The notes: a model not told the origin generated them from the sequence alone. DNA of 63,091 bases, filler included, from 7 parts of 7 records of this genome joined end to end with filler, not necessarily neighbours in it, one strand, 5' to 3'; shown: positions 9,841 through 20,756, counted from the whole stretch's first letter. Translations and numbers: made by a program.

Positions 9841-10935
9841 CTACTGTTCGCTAACGCGAAACTCAACGCGACGGTTCATGGCACGGCCGGATGCAGTCTC
9901 GTTACTTGCAACCGGAACCACTTCACCATAGCCACGAGCGGTCAGGCGAGATGCTGAAACGCCCTGTTCAATCAGATACTCACGGACAGCATTCGCGCGG
10001 CGATCAGACAGGTCTTCATTGTACTGGGCACTACCGGTGCTATCGGTATGGCCTGCAATTTCGACATTGAAGTTAGTTTGCGACTTGAGGCCTTTCACCA
10101 AACGCTCCAGAGACGGACGAGACGTCGCGGTAATCTTGGCAGAGTCCAGTTCGAAACCGATGTTGTTAAAGGTAATGGTCTGGCTAGTCAGCAGGCAGCC
10201 ATCACCGTCCACCTTGCCACCTGCAATGGTGTTCGGGCATTTATCACGGCTGTCGGGGATGCCATCGCCATCGCTATCGGCAGCGGCCACTTCTACAACC
10301 CGTTCTACTTCGCGAGTTTCGTAGACAATTTTTTCTACTTCGACGGTCTTGCTCTTACCCAGGGGCAGTTCAAGGCCCAGGGAGAAACGCCAGTCGTTAA
10401 AGCCGCCTTCATCTTCCGACGCCGTGCCAGTGATGCCATCAAAGTCGTCGTACATGTAACGGGCTTCAGCACGCAGCTTCAAGCCACTATCAAAAAGCGG
10501 TCCACTTACCGCACCCAAACCGACATTGGCATGCAGACTGATGCCATCATCATCATCCGGCACAACGTCGTTATGGATGCCACCGATCTGCCCCACTATG
10601 AACGGAGTGAAACCTTCACGGTCACCAAAGGCATAAGCCAGGCCGGTGGTTAAGGTGTACTGATAAAAGTCGGTGCCAGCATTACTGCCTGTTTCCATGG
10701 TGTAGCCGGCCCCTTCCGTCTCCCACCACCAGTGATCGGACAGTTGACGGCCGTAAATCAAGCCGCCGCCCAAACCCTCGTCTGACAAATCTCGGTCATC
10801 GTCCAATTGCAAAACGTGGAACATGGGCGCCACATAGTGACGGGTTTCGGCTTCTTTCATGCCGTCTGCAGCAATGCCTTGCGTCGCTAAAGAGACGCCA
10901 GCGGCCAACATGGATATACGAATGCTTCCTTTCAT
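9841..10935 (-). CDS. OmpA/OprF family outer membrane protein
   Basis: Signal peptide, beta-barrel N-domain, DSDGDG.PD..DKCP linker, C-terminal GHTD...N..LS.RRA...GYGE...NRRVE. Confidence 0.93.
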   Translation of the reverse strand: MKGSIRISMLAAGVSLATQGIAADGMKEAETRHYVAPMFHVLQLDDDRDLSDEGLGGGLIYGRQLSDHWWWETEGAGYTMETGSNAGTDFYQYTLTTGLAYAFGDREGFTPFIVGQIGGIHNDVVPDDDDGISLHANVGLGAVSGPLFDSGLKLRAEARYMYDDFDGITGTASEDEGGFNDWRFSLGLELPLGKSKTVEVEKIVYETREVERVVEVAAADSDGDGIPDSRDKCPNTIAGGKVDGDGCLLTSQTITFNNIGFELDSAKITATSRPSLERLVKGLKSQTNFNVEIAGHTDSTGSAQYNEDLSDRRANAVREYLIEQGVSASRLTARGYGEVVPVASNETASGRAMNRRVEFRVSEQ

Positions 10936-11175
10936 GACTACCCCCCTTGGGTATGAATGATCTGTGCAATCATTGGAATAGGTGGGGAAAGAAAAAAAAA
11001 TAGGCGTCCGGTGCCGTTGCGTTGGAATATTGTTGTGAACCCGTTCATGTTCCTGCTTTCTGTATCTAAGCGTATCTTTTCGTATCCTTCACGCCCGTTC
11101 AGCAACAAAATGCACCCGTTTGCACCAATGGCATCAAGTTGGTACCTTGGTACAAATTACAAGAAAAGCCGGATT

Positions 11176-13188
11176 ATGAAACCCACACGCTCACGCCGCA
11201 TGCGCCGCTGGCTAGTTGCCATTGTCGCTCTCATTGTTATCGCCGCCCTGATTCATACCGCCTGGCCGTTTCTGTTTTTCCCCCGTCAGCAGGTCGATAT
11301 CCACCTTAACGAACCGCTTGCGCCCAACCGGGCCAACACTGCTGTGGCGGGTATTGCCGAACGGGACATTACGCCGCCAACAGGAATACCCAAGTTTGGC
11401 TATTCCGCCTGGGCCAAGGTTGCTGACGGCTTTCGCACCCGCTTGAAAGCGCGAGCGTTTTATCTGCATGCTCCCGGGCAGACGCCCATGGCCATTGTGC
11501 AACTGGACCTGGGCACCGGCTCCCTGCCCCTTCACCATCGCGTGGCAGAGCGCATCGCAGAGAAAACCGATGTACCCGCCCACGCCTTGTCCTTACTGGT
11601 GACTCATACCCATTCCGGCCCGGGGCAGTATCTGGGCAGTGACTTCTATAATGTCTTTGGCAGCAACAAACCCGGTTTCGACCCAGCATTGTTTGAATAC
11701 CTGAGCGAACAGATTGCCGACGCGGTAATCGCGGCTTATTCATCCCGGCAGGAAGCCCGCTTCGCCGTCGGCCAAAGCGACATCCGGGGCTATACCCGTA
11801 ACCGTTCCATGGGCGCCTGGGCGAACAATTTCCCTGACGGCCAGCATCTGGATGACGACCCGATGATGGCGGTCAACCCCACCATGACCTTGCTGCGCAT
11901 CGACCAGAAGCAAGGTGACCGCTTTGTTCCTGCCGGTGCGCTTAGCCTGTACTCCATTCATGGCACCGCCATTCCCCCCTTTACCCGCCCTTACCACGCC
12001 GACGTCTGGCACTGGATCAGTGGCACTCTGGAAGACGAACTTGCAGGCACAGCCCCCGGCTTTATCCATGGCGCAGCCCAGGCCACCCACGCCGACAATA
12101 ATCCGGCCTGGCACACAGACCAGCGTGGCGACCTGGAAGCGCAGCGTATCGGCATAGCCCTGGGCGAACACGCCATCCAATTGTTTCACTCACTGGACGG
12201 GCAGCTCACTAACAAACTGGACACCGCCGTCGCCAGCCGCCAATTGAACCTGCTGGACCAGATCGACACAGGGCGTTTCGGGCTCTGTGAGCGTGCCATT
12301 GCCGGGGCCGCCGTCGCGGGGGCCGCCAATGGCGATGAAGTGTTTCCTATTTCCTACTTGCCCTTTCTCAAGGAAGACTGGCCTCGACGCTTTTTCACCG
12401 ACAACTGCCAGGGCGTAAAGCAGTGGATGCTGTCCAAGTTGCAACTGCTGTTACCCGCGGAACGCTTCCCTCATCAGGCCTTGTTCCAGATCGTACGGAT
12501 CAACGATCTGGTCATCGTGCCGCTGCCCTGGGAAATCACCCTGGAAAGCGGCAATCGCCTGCGCAATGCGGTTACCGAAACCTTGCCCGCCGACACCCAT
12601 TGGAAAGTAGAAGTCTCCAGCCTGGCCAACGGCTATTTCGGCTATGCCGTCACCCCCGAGGAATACCAGCGGCAATACTACGAAGGTGGCCACACGCTCT
12701 ATGGGCCCCATACGCTGGATTTTCTGATTGCCCAGAGCAGCGAGCTGAGCCGCGACCTGCAACGAACCGGGGACATTAACGACATTCCCCGCAAGCAGAC
12801 CTTCTCCCTGCTTTCGCATCAGTACTTTCCAGAAGCACAGCAAACGGCAGCCCCGGTCTCTCCCACGGCTGTCCAGTGGCAAGGTCATCCGGCCCACGAG
12901 CCCGGCGACCCCACCACCGGCCCTTACTGGCGCATGTCCCTGCTGGCCGCCCCCGCCGAACACCTGGCGCTCGACACGCTGGAGCTTGCTATTGACTGCC
13001 GGGGGCAGCTCGCAGCCACTGATGACGGCGCCGCGTTGCAACTGCAATGGCAGGAACAACAAAACAGCCAGGACAAATACGAGGTGCGCTGGTATCCCGC
13101 TCCCGGGCAGCCACAAACAGGCTGTCGTTTTGCTTTTTCAGCCGACCCGGCCGCAGCTCCGGCACAGCACTCCCCGGCGATTCCCTAA
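11176..13188 (+). CDS. Neutral/alkaline ceramidase family protein
   Basis: N-terminal TM helix; DITP, RLKARAF, THTHSGP, IHGT, NGY.GY..T.EEY..Q.YEG..TLYGP motifs. Confidence 0.88.
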   Translation: MKPTRSRRMRRWLVAIVALIVIAALIHTAWPFLFFPRQQVDIHLNEPLAPNRANTAVAGIAERDITPPTGIPKFGYSAWAKVADGFRTRLKARAFYLHAPGQTPMAIVQLDLGTGSLPLHHRVAERIAEKTDVPAHALSLLVTHTHSGPGQYLGSDFYNVFGSNKPGFDPALFEYLSEQIADAVIAAYSSRQEARFAVGQSDIRGYTRNRSMGAWANNFPDGQHLDDDPMMAVNPTMTLLRIDQKQGDRFVPAGALSLYSIHGTAIPPFTRPYHADVWHWISGTLEDELAGTAPGFIHGAAQATHADNNPAWHTDQRGDLEAQRIGIALGEHAIQLFHSLDGQLTNKLDTAVASRQLNLLDQIDTGRFGLCERAIAGAAVAGAANGDEVFPISYLPFLKEDWPRRFFTDNCQGVKQWMLSKLQLLLPAERFPHQALFQIVRINDLVIVPLPWEITLESGNRLRNAVTETLPADTHWKVEVSSLANGYFGYAVTPEEYQRQYYEGGHTLYGPHTLDFLIAQSSELSRDLQRTGDINDIPRKQTFSLLSHQYFPEAQQTAAPVSPTAVQWQGHPAHEPGDPTTGPYWRMSLLAAPAEHLALDTLELAIDCRGQLAATDDGAALQLQWQEQQNSQDKYEVRWYPAPGQPQTGCRFAFSADPAAAPAQHSPAIP

Positions 13189-13337
13189 TGGGCGGTTAAA
13201 AGTGAGCGGTTAAAAACGGGCGGTTAAACGCCCGCCAGAACACAAGAGATTGTGCACCAGTTGATGTGGCGCCTGCGTGGCGCTGTTACACTGGGGGCAC
13301 GCCATTGAAGGCACCGCTCTTGCCGCCGGAGATTTCC

Positions 13338-13946
13338 ATGCGACCGCTTTTTCGATACCTGTTACCCGCCCTGCTCGTTGCCGGCTGCGCCAGCACTACG
13401 GACGTGACCACCCGCTTCACCGACGAGGGCAGCCACCCGCCGCAAGATACCCTGCTGCTGGTCGCCCACACCCCGGAAGGCAACATCCGCGAAACCTGGG
13501 AATTAACCTGCAGGGATATATTTTCAAGTGATTCGTTGACCGTTTTGCTCAGCCATCAGGAATTACCGTTATGGTATGAGGGCGGAAAAGAACGCATCCT
13601 CGACTGGGCGCAAGAAAACGATGTAGAGCGGATTCTGGTCGTCGAGCTGACCCACCTGCTGATAGATGCGGCCGCACCGCCGGCAGCCGGCAACCAGCTC
13701 AACCCCATGGAACAATCTGCTGGCGACGTGCAGCCAACCTGGCAAGTCGGGATTGGCGGTGAACTGGCCAAAGACGAGGTCCCCGACGCCCTGCGGCAGC
13801 ATGGCGCAGAGCTGATCAATGCCAACGGCAAACCGCTCTGGACCGGTATCGCCACCACCCACGAGGCCAGCAACGCCGTTGCCATCGCCAAAAGCCAGTG
13901 CTCGGCCCTGCGTCGCAGCTTGCGTGAACAAACCCTTATTCCCTGA
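13338..13946 (+). CDS. Putative lipoprotein of unknown function
   Basis: GGAG RBS; MRPLFRYLLPALLVAG-C lipobox. Confidence 0.75.
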   Translation: MRPLFRYLLPALLVAGCASTTDVTTRFTDEGSHPPQDTLLLVAHTPEGNIRETWELTCRDIFSSDSLTVLLSHQELPLWYEGGKERILDWAQENDVERILVVELTHLLIDAAAPPAAGNQLNPMEQSAGDVQPTWQVGIGGELAKDEVPDALRQHGAELINANGKPLWTGIATTHEASNAVAIAKSQCSALRRSLREQTLIP

Positions 13947-14003
13947 CCGGTCAATGTCCGTCAGGGAACGGTAAAACGGACTCTGACAACGGACATCAAC
14001 ATT

Positions 14004-15146
14004 ATGACAGGCCCACTTAACGGACTGACCTTCATCGAACTGGCCGGCATTGGCCCCGGCCCCTTCTGCGGCATGATGCTTGCCGACATGGGTGCCACCG
14101 TTATCCGCATCGACCGCCCCGGCGGTAACCCGCATTCCGCCATCGGCCACACCGTACTGTTTCGCAATCGCCAGAATCTGGCCGTGGACCTGAAAAGCGC
14201 CGAAGGCATCGAAACCGTTCTGAAGCTCTGTGAAACCGCCGATGGCCTGTTCGAGGGCTTTCGCCCCGGCGTCACCGAACGTCTGGGAGTGGGCCCGGAG
14301 CAATGCCTGGCTCGCAACCCGAAACTGGTCTATGGCCGCATGACCGGCTGGGGCCAGACCGGGCCACTGGCCCAGGCCGCCGGGCACGACATGAACTACA
14401 TCTCCCTGTCCGGCGCCTTGCATGCCATGGGCCGTGAAGGTGAAAAACCCGCCATCCCGCTTAACCTGGTCGGCGACTTCGGTGGCGGTGGCATGATGCT
14501 CGCCTTCGGTATGGTCTGTGCTGCACTGGAAGCCCAACGCAGCGGCAAAGGCCAAGTGGTGGATTCCTCCATGGTAGAAGGCTCCGCTGCGCTCATGGCC
14601 ATGTTCTACGGGCTAAAATCCCAAGGGATGTTTACCGACAATCGTGGCACTCACATGCTCGACTCCGGCGCACACTTCTATGAAGTGTATGAAACCGCCG
14701 ACGGCAAATACGTTTCCATCGGCAGCATCGAACCACAATTCTATGCCCAGCTGTGCCAACTGGCCGAGCTGCCCACCGAGGACTTTGGACATCAGATCAA
14801 CCCGCTCAAGTGGCCGGAAATGAAACAAAAGCTCGCCGCCGTCATCAAACAAAAGACACGGGACGAGTGGTCCGCGCTGATGGAAGGCACCGATGTCTGT
14901 TTTGCACCGGTTCTCAGCCTTGAAGAAGCGCCCTCACACCCGCATAACGTAGCCAGAGAATCCTTTGTGACTGTCAACGGCGCCGCACAACCAGCACCGA
15001 CCCCGCGCTTCTCACGCACTGCAGCCGGCGAGATAAAACCCGCCACCACTGCGGGGGCAGATAGCCGGGCCGTACTGAGCCAGGCTGGCTTCAGTGACAG
15101 TGACATCGATGGCCTGATCGCCAGTGGTGCTGTAAAGCAGGACTGA
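14004..15146 (+). CDS. CaiB/BaiF family III CoA transferase / alpha-methylacyl-CoA racemase-like
   Basis: GIGPGPFC..MLAD.GA, EGFRPGV.ERLG, GHDMNY, NL.GDFGGG. Confidence 0.93.
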   Translation: MTGPLNGLTFIELAGIGPGPFCGMMLADMGATVIRIDRPGGNPHSAIGHTVLFRNRQNLAVDLKSAEGIETVLKLCETADGLFEGFRPGVTERLGVGPEQCLARNPKLVYGRMTGWGQTGPLAQAAGHDMNYISLSGALHAMGREGEKPAIPLNLVGDFGGGGMMLAFGMVCAALEAQRSGKGQVVDSSMVEGSAALMAMFYGLKSQGMFTDNRGTHMLDSGAHFYEVYETADGKYVSIGSIEPQFYAQLCQLAELPTEDFGHQINPLKWPEMKQKLAAVIKQKTRDEWSALMEGTDVCFAPVLSLEEAPSHPHNVARESFVTVNGAAQPAPTPRFSRTAAGEIKPATTAGADSRAVLSQAGFSDSDIDGLIASGAVKQD

Positions 15147-15233
15147 CCCCTGTTTGCCCCCACTGGCCGCATTGACCTGTAACACCTGCCTGGCCACAAG
15201 TCCGGCAGGTGTTGATGCCCCATTGGAGGAACC

Positions 15234-15860
15234 ATGAACGCAGTGATCCCCGGCACATCCCTGGCCATTCACCCGGAACGCTTTCCTGATCCCGTTGACG
15301 ACCTGCCCGCCAATGGCATTGCCAAAGCGGTTCTTGCCGGCGGTTGTTTCTGGTGTGTGGAAGCGGTCTATCTGAATCTGGAAGGCGTGAACGCCGTGGT
15401 CTCCGGTTATGCCGGCGGCCATGCTGCCCGCGCCAATTACGAAGCCGTCTGTACTGGCACCACCGGCCATGCGGAAGTCATCGAAGTAGAATACGATAGC
15501 GCCGTAATCAGCTTTGGCGAACTGCTCAAGGTGTTCTTCTCCGTAGCCCACGACCCCACCCAGAAAGATCGGCAAGGCAACGACCGGGGCACCCAGTACC
15601 GCTCCGCCATTTTTTATCATGATGACACCGAGAAAGCGGTGGCTGAGTCATATATCCAGCAGCTGGATAATGCTGGCGCCTTTATTGCTCCCATCGCCAC
15701 CACCGTGGAACCGCTCGACGCTTTTTATCGCGCTGAGGATTACCATCAGGATTTCGCCCGTCGCAACCCCAATCAAGGCTACATTACCCATATTGCCAAA
15801 CCGAAAGTGGAAAAGCTGATCCAGGCCTTTCCTGACAAACTCAAAACCCGAACACCTTAA
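15234..15860 (+). CDS. msrA: Peptide-methionine (S)-S-oxide reductase
   Basis: GCFWC, GHAE, RQGND.G.QYRS, AE.YHQ. Confidence 0.96.
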   Translation: MNAVIPGTSLAIHPERFPDPVDDLPANGIAKAVLAGGCFWCVEAVYLNLEGVNAVVSGYAGGHAARANYEAVCTGTTGHAEVIEVEYDSAVISFGELLKVFFSVAHDPTQKDRQGNDRGTQYRSAIFYHDDTEKAVAESYIQQLDNAGAFIAPIATTVEPLDAFYRAEDYHQDFARRNPNQGYITHIAKPKVEKLIQAFPDKLKTRTP

Positions 15861-15885
15861 CCAAACAAACTCAAGGGAGTGCCTG

Positions 15886-16317
15886 ATGACCCAAGCACTG
15901 TCCGCCAGCGGCTTCGACCTGACGCCCCTGAGCGAAGAAGAGAAACAGGCCCGCGCACAATCGCTGACCGAAGAAGAACGCCGCATCCTGCTCAACCAGG
16001 GTACCGAACCCCCGTTCTGCGGCGGCCTGCTGGATAACAAGGATGACGGCAACTATCACTGCAAACTGTGCGACCTGCCGCTGTTCACATCCAGTGCCAA
16101 GTTTGAGTCCGGCACCGGCTGGCCCAGCTTTTACGAACCCTTCGATCCACAACACATTCGTGAACTGCGCGACAGCAGCCACGGCATGATCCGTATAGAG
16201 ATCCGCTGCGCCCGCTGCGATAGCCACCAGGGCCACGTCTTCCCCGACGGCCCGCCTCCTACGGGTCAACGCTACTGCCTGAACTCTGCCTCCATGGTGT
16301 TCAAGGCCCAGAACTAA
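15886..16317 (+). CDS. msrB: Peptide-methionine (R)-S-oxide reductase
   Basis: GTE.PF, two CxxC, SG.GWPSF, GHVF.DGP, RYC.NS. Confidence 0.96.
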   Translation: MTQALSASGFDLTPLSEEEKQARAQSLTEEERRILLNQGTEPPFCGGLLDNKDDGNYHCKLCDLPLFTSSAKFESGTGWPSFYEPFDPQHIRELRDSSHGMIRIEIRCARCDSHQGHVFPDGPPPTGQRYCLNSASMVFKAQN

Positions 16318-16373
16318 TCCACGCCAGACATAGGCGCTTTGCTGACAGCGCGATAAACCAAGTCGGCTCTGCT

Positions 16374-16398
16374 GTAGGAGCACCTCTCGAGGTGCGAA
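16374..16398 (+). repeat. GTAG-type REP-like element at the contig end
   Basis: GTAGGA-GCACCT-ctcg-AGGTGC-GAA; only one copy visible. Confidence 0.55.
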
Positions 16399-16401
16399 CC
16401 T

Positions 16402-16501
16402 NNNNNNNNNNNNNNNNNNNNNNNNNNNNNNNNNNNNNNNNNNNNTTAATTAATTAANNNNNNNNNNNNNNNNNNNNNNNNNNNNNNNNNNNNNNNNNNN
16501 N
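16402..16501. other. Artificial contig spacer (N-run/TTAATTAATTAA/N-run); also at 20657-20756, 26484-26583, 37993-38092, 49884-49983 and 60574-60673
   Basis: Identical 100-nt linker with stops in all six frames; composition changes abruptly across each one. Confidence 0.99.
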
Positions 16502-17004
16502 AGGAAGGATTGTATAAAATCGACCACATCGGGAGCATTGGGACCCTTCCTGGACGTAGAGGATACGTCGTGTTGTTTGTTAGTAGATAATCCTGTAGTA
16601 GCAGTAGTAAGTCTGGAGGGGGTACTGGGGTATTTAGTGGTACGAGGGGTGAGGGGGGATCCAGGGAGTGGGGGGCCAATGAGTCGTATCTCGGCATCAT
16701 TGTTAAACACGTCATCGGGGAAGGTGCTCTTGATCACACTAAGGATGCGGTGCTCTTTGAGGGCCCTGAGGCGTGCCTTATCGGTAAGCTCCGAGGTGGG
16801 CTGGGTGCTTGTGGCCATATTTTCCGATAGTAGATCAAATAACCGCCTTCTCTCATCTTCCTCGACTATCATCTCCTCCGCACGTCTCTCTAGTTCGTTG
16901 AGCTTCTCCTCGTCCATGACATAGACATCATTGGTAGCAGGCTGATGGTGTGATCCACCACCTCCCCAACGTACCTTGGAGGAGCCTTGCACTTCGTTAT
17001 ACAT
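16502..17004 (-). CDS. Eukaryotic hypothetical protein, 3'-truncated
   Basis: ATG at 17004, open to the contig edge; charged helix followed by a low-complexity S/T/P region. Confidence 0.6.
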
Positions 17005-17258
17005 TTAATAATAATAAATATAACGAAGTCGACGTTGAATGGAAATGTGTAACGGGCCTTGAATCAATAGAATGTAAGTTGAAAGTGGGGGATTATTAAA
17101 ATGTGCAAACCCATTAAAGTAGCATTTGAAAACAAGACCGCATAACACGCCAACAAAAAGGAGAGAATTTTGAGAGAGGGATTGTGTAGCTAATGTGTTT
17201 CGTTGTTGTTGTTTACTTACCTATATATTGTGTGTTTTTTTTTTGTCTAGTAGCCTTC

Positions 17259-20147
17259 TTACGATGAGAACTCGTTGTCGAGGAATCCACGCTGGGCGTC
17301 CCTCTTACGTGCCTCCTGTGAGGATCCCTCCGCCTCAGCCTTCACCTCATCTCCACTGTTATTACCGTGGATGTATAGCTGGGTGGGAGACACGAACATG
17401 GTCTTGGACTTGAGTTCGCGGTACTTTTTGTACAGGTCAGCGCTGGTGGATTCAATACGGCCGTAGTCGATAAGGGACTGCATAGCACGGGTCTGGCCAG
17501 AGGGGTTACGGACCTTAACCTCAACGGTAGGCCAGAACTCGGGGCCAAGGGTAGCCTTGCGGGCCTCGGCCAGCACCTCCTGCATCTTCATATTGCCGTA
17601 ATTTTGATTATCGGCACGATCCTCGAAGCGATCGCTATCCAACATAACATTGTCCATGCCGACCTTATCCCCAGCCACAACTCGCAATCTCCTCTCGGTC
17701 TGCATATTACCATAGGCGGCGGTGCCCTCGTGGTTGAGGACACGGAGGTCGCTAAGGCGCATTTTGATGGAGACGTTACGGTGGTGGATATCCTGCATAC
17801 GCTGGTACCAACCCTGTGGGTCGTAGCGCTTGTACTGCTGCACGTCGTACACCTCGGACTGACCTACCTCCACTGGGACATTCTGATGCTTAGCCTCAGA
17901 GGACACCTCTCCTAGCCTTCCGCGGAGGTTCCTCTTCAGCACCGACTGGGACGATTGGGGGACGTAGTTAAGACGAAGTAGGATGTTGAGAGCATTGGAC
18001 ATGATGGTTAGATTGCCCTTGGGGTCCTCGGGGGTGGGAGGCTCATCGGCGACGATTCCTTGGTTTACCCAGTTCATGTTCTCTCTTGAGACCTGATGGA
18101 GTGACTGGCGGAGTACCTCCTCCGTAACCGCAGGGGCCTGAGGTGTGCCCAGTGCTGCCTCATCGGTGGTGGGGGCATCCTTGGTCATAGCATGTAGCTT
18201 ACCGACCACATCGACGCCACAATCCTCGAGGATCTCGAGAGTTGCGTCCAATGTGCTGGGACTACGGAGATTCTGATCAATGGTGCTGCGGATACGACGC
18301 TGCTCCACCTTACGGCTCTGGCGTTGGGAGACGATGCCCATCATGGCGGTCTTGACGGCCTCGTTGAGGATGGAGGTGCTGTTGGGGAGCGTGTAGGCGG
18401 AGGGCATCTTGATCTTGCTAGCGGCGTCGGCATCGGCGGCATCCTCCTTCGAGGCTACGACCCTAAGGTAGGCGTTGATGGCCTGTGCGCTCTCCTTGAC
18501 CAGCTTAGAAGCGTCCTCGGGACGTGCGCAGAGATCGTCGACCCTGAAGAGAATTTCGCAGAACTCGGCATGGTACCCCGCCCAACCCTTATCCGGCAGG
18601 ACCTTGAAGTGATCAATATTTGTTAGCCCGAACGCATTTGTGAAGGTGGATGCGGTATCCTGCTCGGTTTTAGCGTGCTCACCAACTGTGAGACAGAACG
18701 CCCTAGCAGCGTCCTCGTCCTTGAGGAGGTTTGCCAAATGACCGACTTCCCTACGAAGGATGTCACCCGACATGTGAGCCGATGTGGCTACCATCTCCAC
18801 CGCAGAGGCCATCTCACGATGACCTGCCTTCTCAAGGGCCTTCTTGAGCTTCATTGCCGACTCGTAGTCACTGCATAGCGCATCAGTGGAACTGATGACG
18901 AACTCCCTACGCCTTTCCATGCTAATTCCGTAAAGGGGGTTGACGCTCTCAAGTGTCATGGACTGATTACGTACATCGGCCAAGGAGCCAGTGGCACCCG
19001 CAGCGGCGGCAGTGGCGCTTGAGAGAGAGATGGCGGAGAGGATGAGGTAGATGGCGACGGCGGGGGTTACAGCGGGGGCAGTACGGCCGTGGTTCTTCAT
19101 CCACTCAAGTTTTGTCAGGAGCACCTCGTCGCTACCGATGATCTTATCGTGATTGGCCTCGATGTGAGCGAGGAGGCACTTCCACACGCCATTACCGCCA
19201 TCGAGGATGTTCCTCAATGCGGCCCTACTTTGGGCATCCGATCCACCACAGCATGGCTGCATGATGTGCTCATCTACTAGGGAGTTACGACGATCGAGGA
19301 CAGCTCTGGTGATGACGTCGATAATATCGGTGAACTCCTCGGGGACCTCATCAGATGCATCCGCAACGGCGCCATCGGATCCAGCAGCCGAGTTCATAAT
19401 CTCGTGAGCGACCTTGACACACCCATCCCGACACTTTCCAATATCCCGGAGGAAAGCATTGGGGTCGAACAGATTCAGGGACACCTTAGAGAAGGCGTCG
19501 GTGGCCTTCTTCCATGAGGCACATGCAACGTCCACGGATGGGTTTCCAATGGACATACACACCTCCTTAATACCGTCAGTAGTGAAGGCCTTCATGCGCT
19601 TCTCGGCATCAGCGTGTTTGGGGAGTGGCAGCTCGATCTTGAGGTGTTCGTTGATGTAGAGGCCGAGGACAGTAGTGTGGGTAACATTGGTGGGGGAGGC
19701 ACGGGATTGGGTTCCCTCGGAGTAGGAGGTCTCCTCCAGCCATGCAGCTATCTTACGAGTGCTGCCTGGTAGCTGCTCCACGTCGTCCTTGGTGAGATGT
19801 AGGGTGTGGGAGGCACCGTTGGAGTCGCTGGATAGGACAGAACTGGTGGGGTCCTTTAGGGGCATGTTGGGGAGGGTGTGGACATAGGGGTCCTTATCAC
19901 TGGTACCCTGACCACGACCTGCACCACTGACAAAGAAGTCTGCAGCAGGAGCGGAGGGCTTGTAGCGAGAGAAGGGGTTATTGAACCCTGGCTCCATGGA
20001 CTGGAGGCCACCGCCCTGGGTGAGGGTGGTGAGGTCGGGGCGTTGGACATGGGAGCGGGTAGCAGCCACCTTAATAATAGATGGCGATGAGCCAGCGGCC
20101 ATGGTGGAGCCTGCAACCACGCACTGCTGTGAGTATCCACGGATCAT
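17259..20147 (-). CDS. Large intronless eukaryotic protein of about 962 aa, possibly mitochondrially targeted (kinetoplastid-like)
   Basis: Long ORF; the MIRGYSQ... start is preceded by AG and a polypyrimidine tract; the N-terminus is Ser/Ala/Arg-rich and lacks acidic residues; no domain recognised. Confidence 0.75.
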   Translation of the reverse strand: MIRGYSQQCVVAGSTMAAGSSPSIIKVAATRSHVQRPDLTTLTQGGGLQSMEPGFNNPFSRYKPSAPAADFFVSGAGRGQGTSDKDPYVHTLPNMPLKDPTSSVLSSDSNGASHTLHLTKDDVEQLPGSTRKIAAWLEETSYSEGTQSRASPTNVTHTTVLGLYINEHLKIELPLPKHADAEKRMKAFTTDGIKEVCMSIGNPSVDVACASWKKATDAFSKVSLNLFDPNAFLRDIGKCRDGCVKVAHEIMNSAAGSDGAVADASDEVPEEFTDIIDVITRAVLDRRNSLVDEHIMQPCCGGSDAQSRAALRNILDGGNGVWKCLLAHIEANHDKIIGSDEVLLTKLEWMKNHGRTAPAVTPAVAIYLILSAISLSSATAAAAGATGSLADVRNQSMTLESVNPLYGISMERRREFVISSTDALCSDYESAMKLKKALEKAGHREMASAVEMVATSAHMSGDILRREVGHLANLLKDEDAARAFCLTVGEHAKTEQDTASTFTNAFGLTNIDHFKVLPDKGWAGYHAEFCEILFRVDDLCARPEDASKLVKESAQAINAYLRVVASKEDAADADAASKIKMPSAYTLPNSTSILNEAVKTAMMGIVSQRQSRKVEQRRIRSTIDQNLRSPSTLDATLEILEDCGVDVVGKLHAMTKDAPTTDEAALGTPQAPAVTEEVLRQSLHQVSRENMNWVNQGIVADEPPTPEDPKGNLTIMSNALNILLRLNYVPQSSQSVLKRNLRGRLGEVSSEAKHQNVPVEVGQSEVYDVQQYKRYDPQGWYQRMQDIHHRNVSIKMRLSDLRVLNHEGTAAYGNMQTERRLRVVAGDKVGMDNVMLDSDRFEDRADNQNYGNMKMQEVLAEARKATLGPEFWPTVEVKVRNPSGQTRAMQSLIDYGRIESTSADLYKKYRELKSKTMFVSPTQLYIHGNNSGDEVKAEAEGSSQEARKRDAQRGFLDNEFSS

Positions 20148-20235
20148 TTCTAATTTATTATTTTGAAAATAGAAGCGCGGGGTCCTAACTTTGAAAAGAG
20201 GTGAGTTAGAGGGGAAAGGAATAGCAGAGGTGGTG
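20148..20235 (-). promoter_or_regulatory. Putative polypyrimidine tract and AG trans-splice acceptor
   Basis: Minus strand ctctgctattcctttcccctctaactcacctcttttc ... ttagaaATG; a similar tract (cccctctctcaaaattctctccttttt) lies near 17155-17180, upstream of the next gene. Confidence 0.5.
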
Positions 20236-20756
20236 ATAAATTCAAAAAAGACATTGTTGTGTAACAATGTCAAGCGATGGTTGCGATAATTTTGTGTTTG
20301 TGTGACAAGGGTAATAATACGCAACTACAGTTGAATACAATCATGGTGGTGGTGGGGTCCTCTCTCATCATGGATGTTTACAATTTTAAAGTCGATTCGA
20401 TTGACGACAACAAAGATATAAGCAAACACCAATCATGTAGAAAGGAGAGTGAAGTGGAAGAGGTAATGTGGGGAGAGTACAGTAGTAGAAAGGGTACCAG
20501 TGATATAACGGCGCGAGGTGGTGCTGACCTTCATAGTGATGAGGGCAAAAAAATATATAAAAGTGTGGGGAAATCGATGGGGTGGTGTTTTTTTTACAAC
20601 AGCACCTGCCCTGCTAACAATGTCAACCTCATCCAGTAAGGAGTGACGATGATATCNNNNNNNNNNNNNNNNNNNNNNNNNNNNNNNNNNNNNNNNNNNN
20701 TTAATTAATTAANNNNNNNNNNNNNNNNNNNNNNNNNNNNNNNNNNNNNNNNNNNN

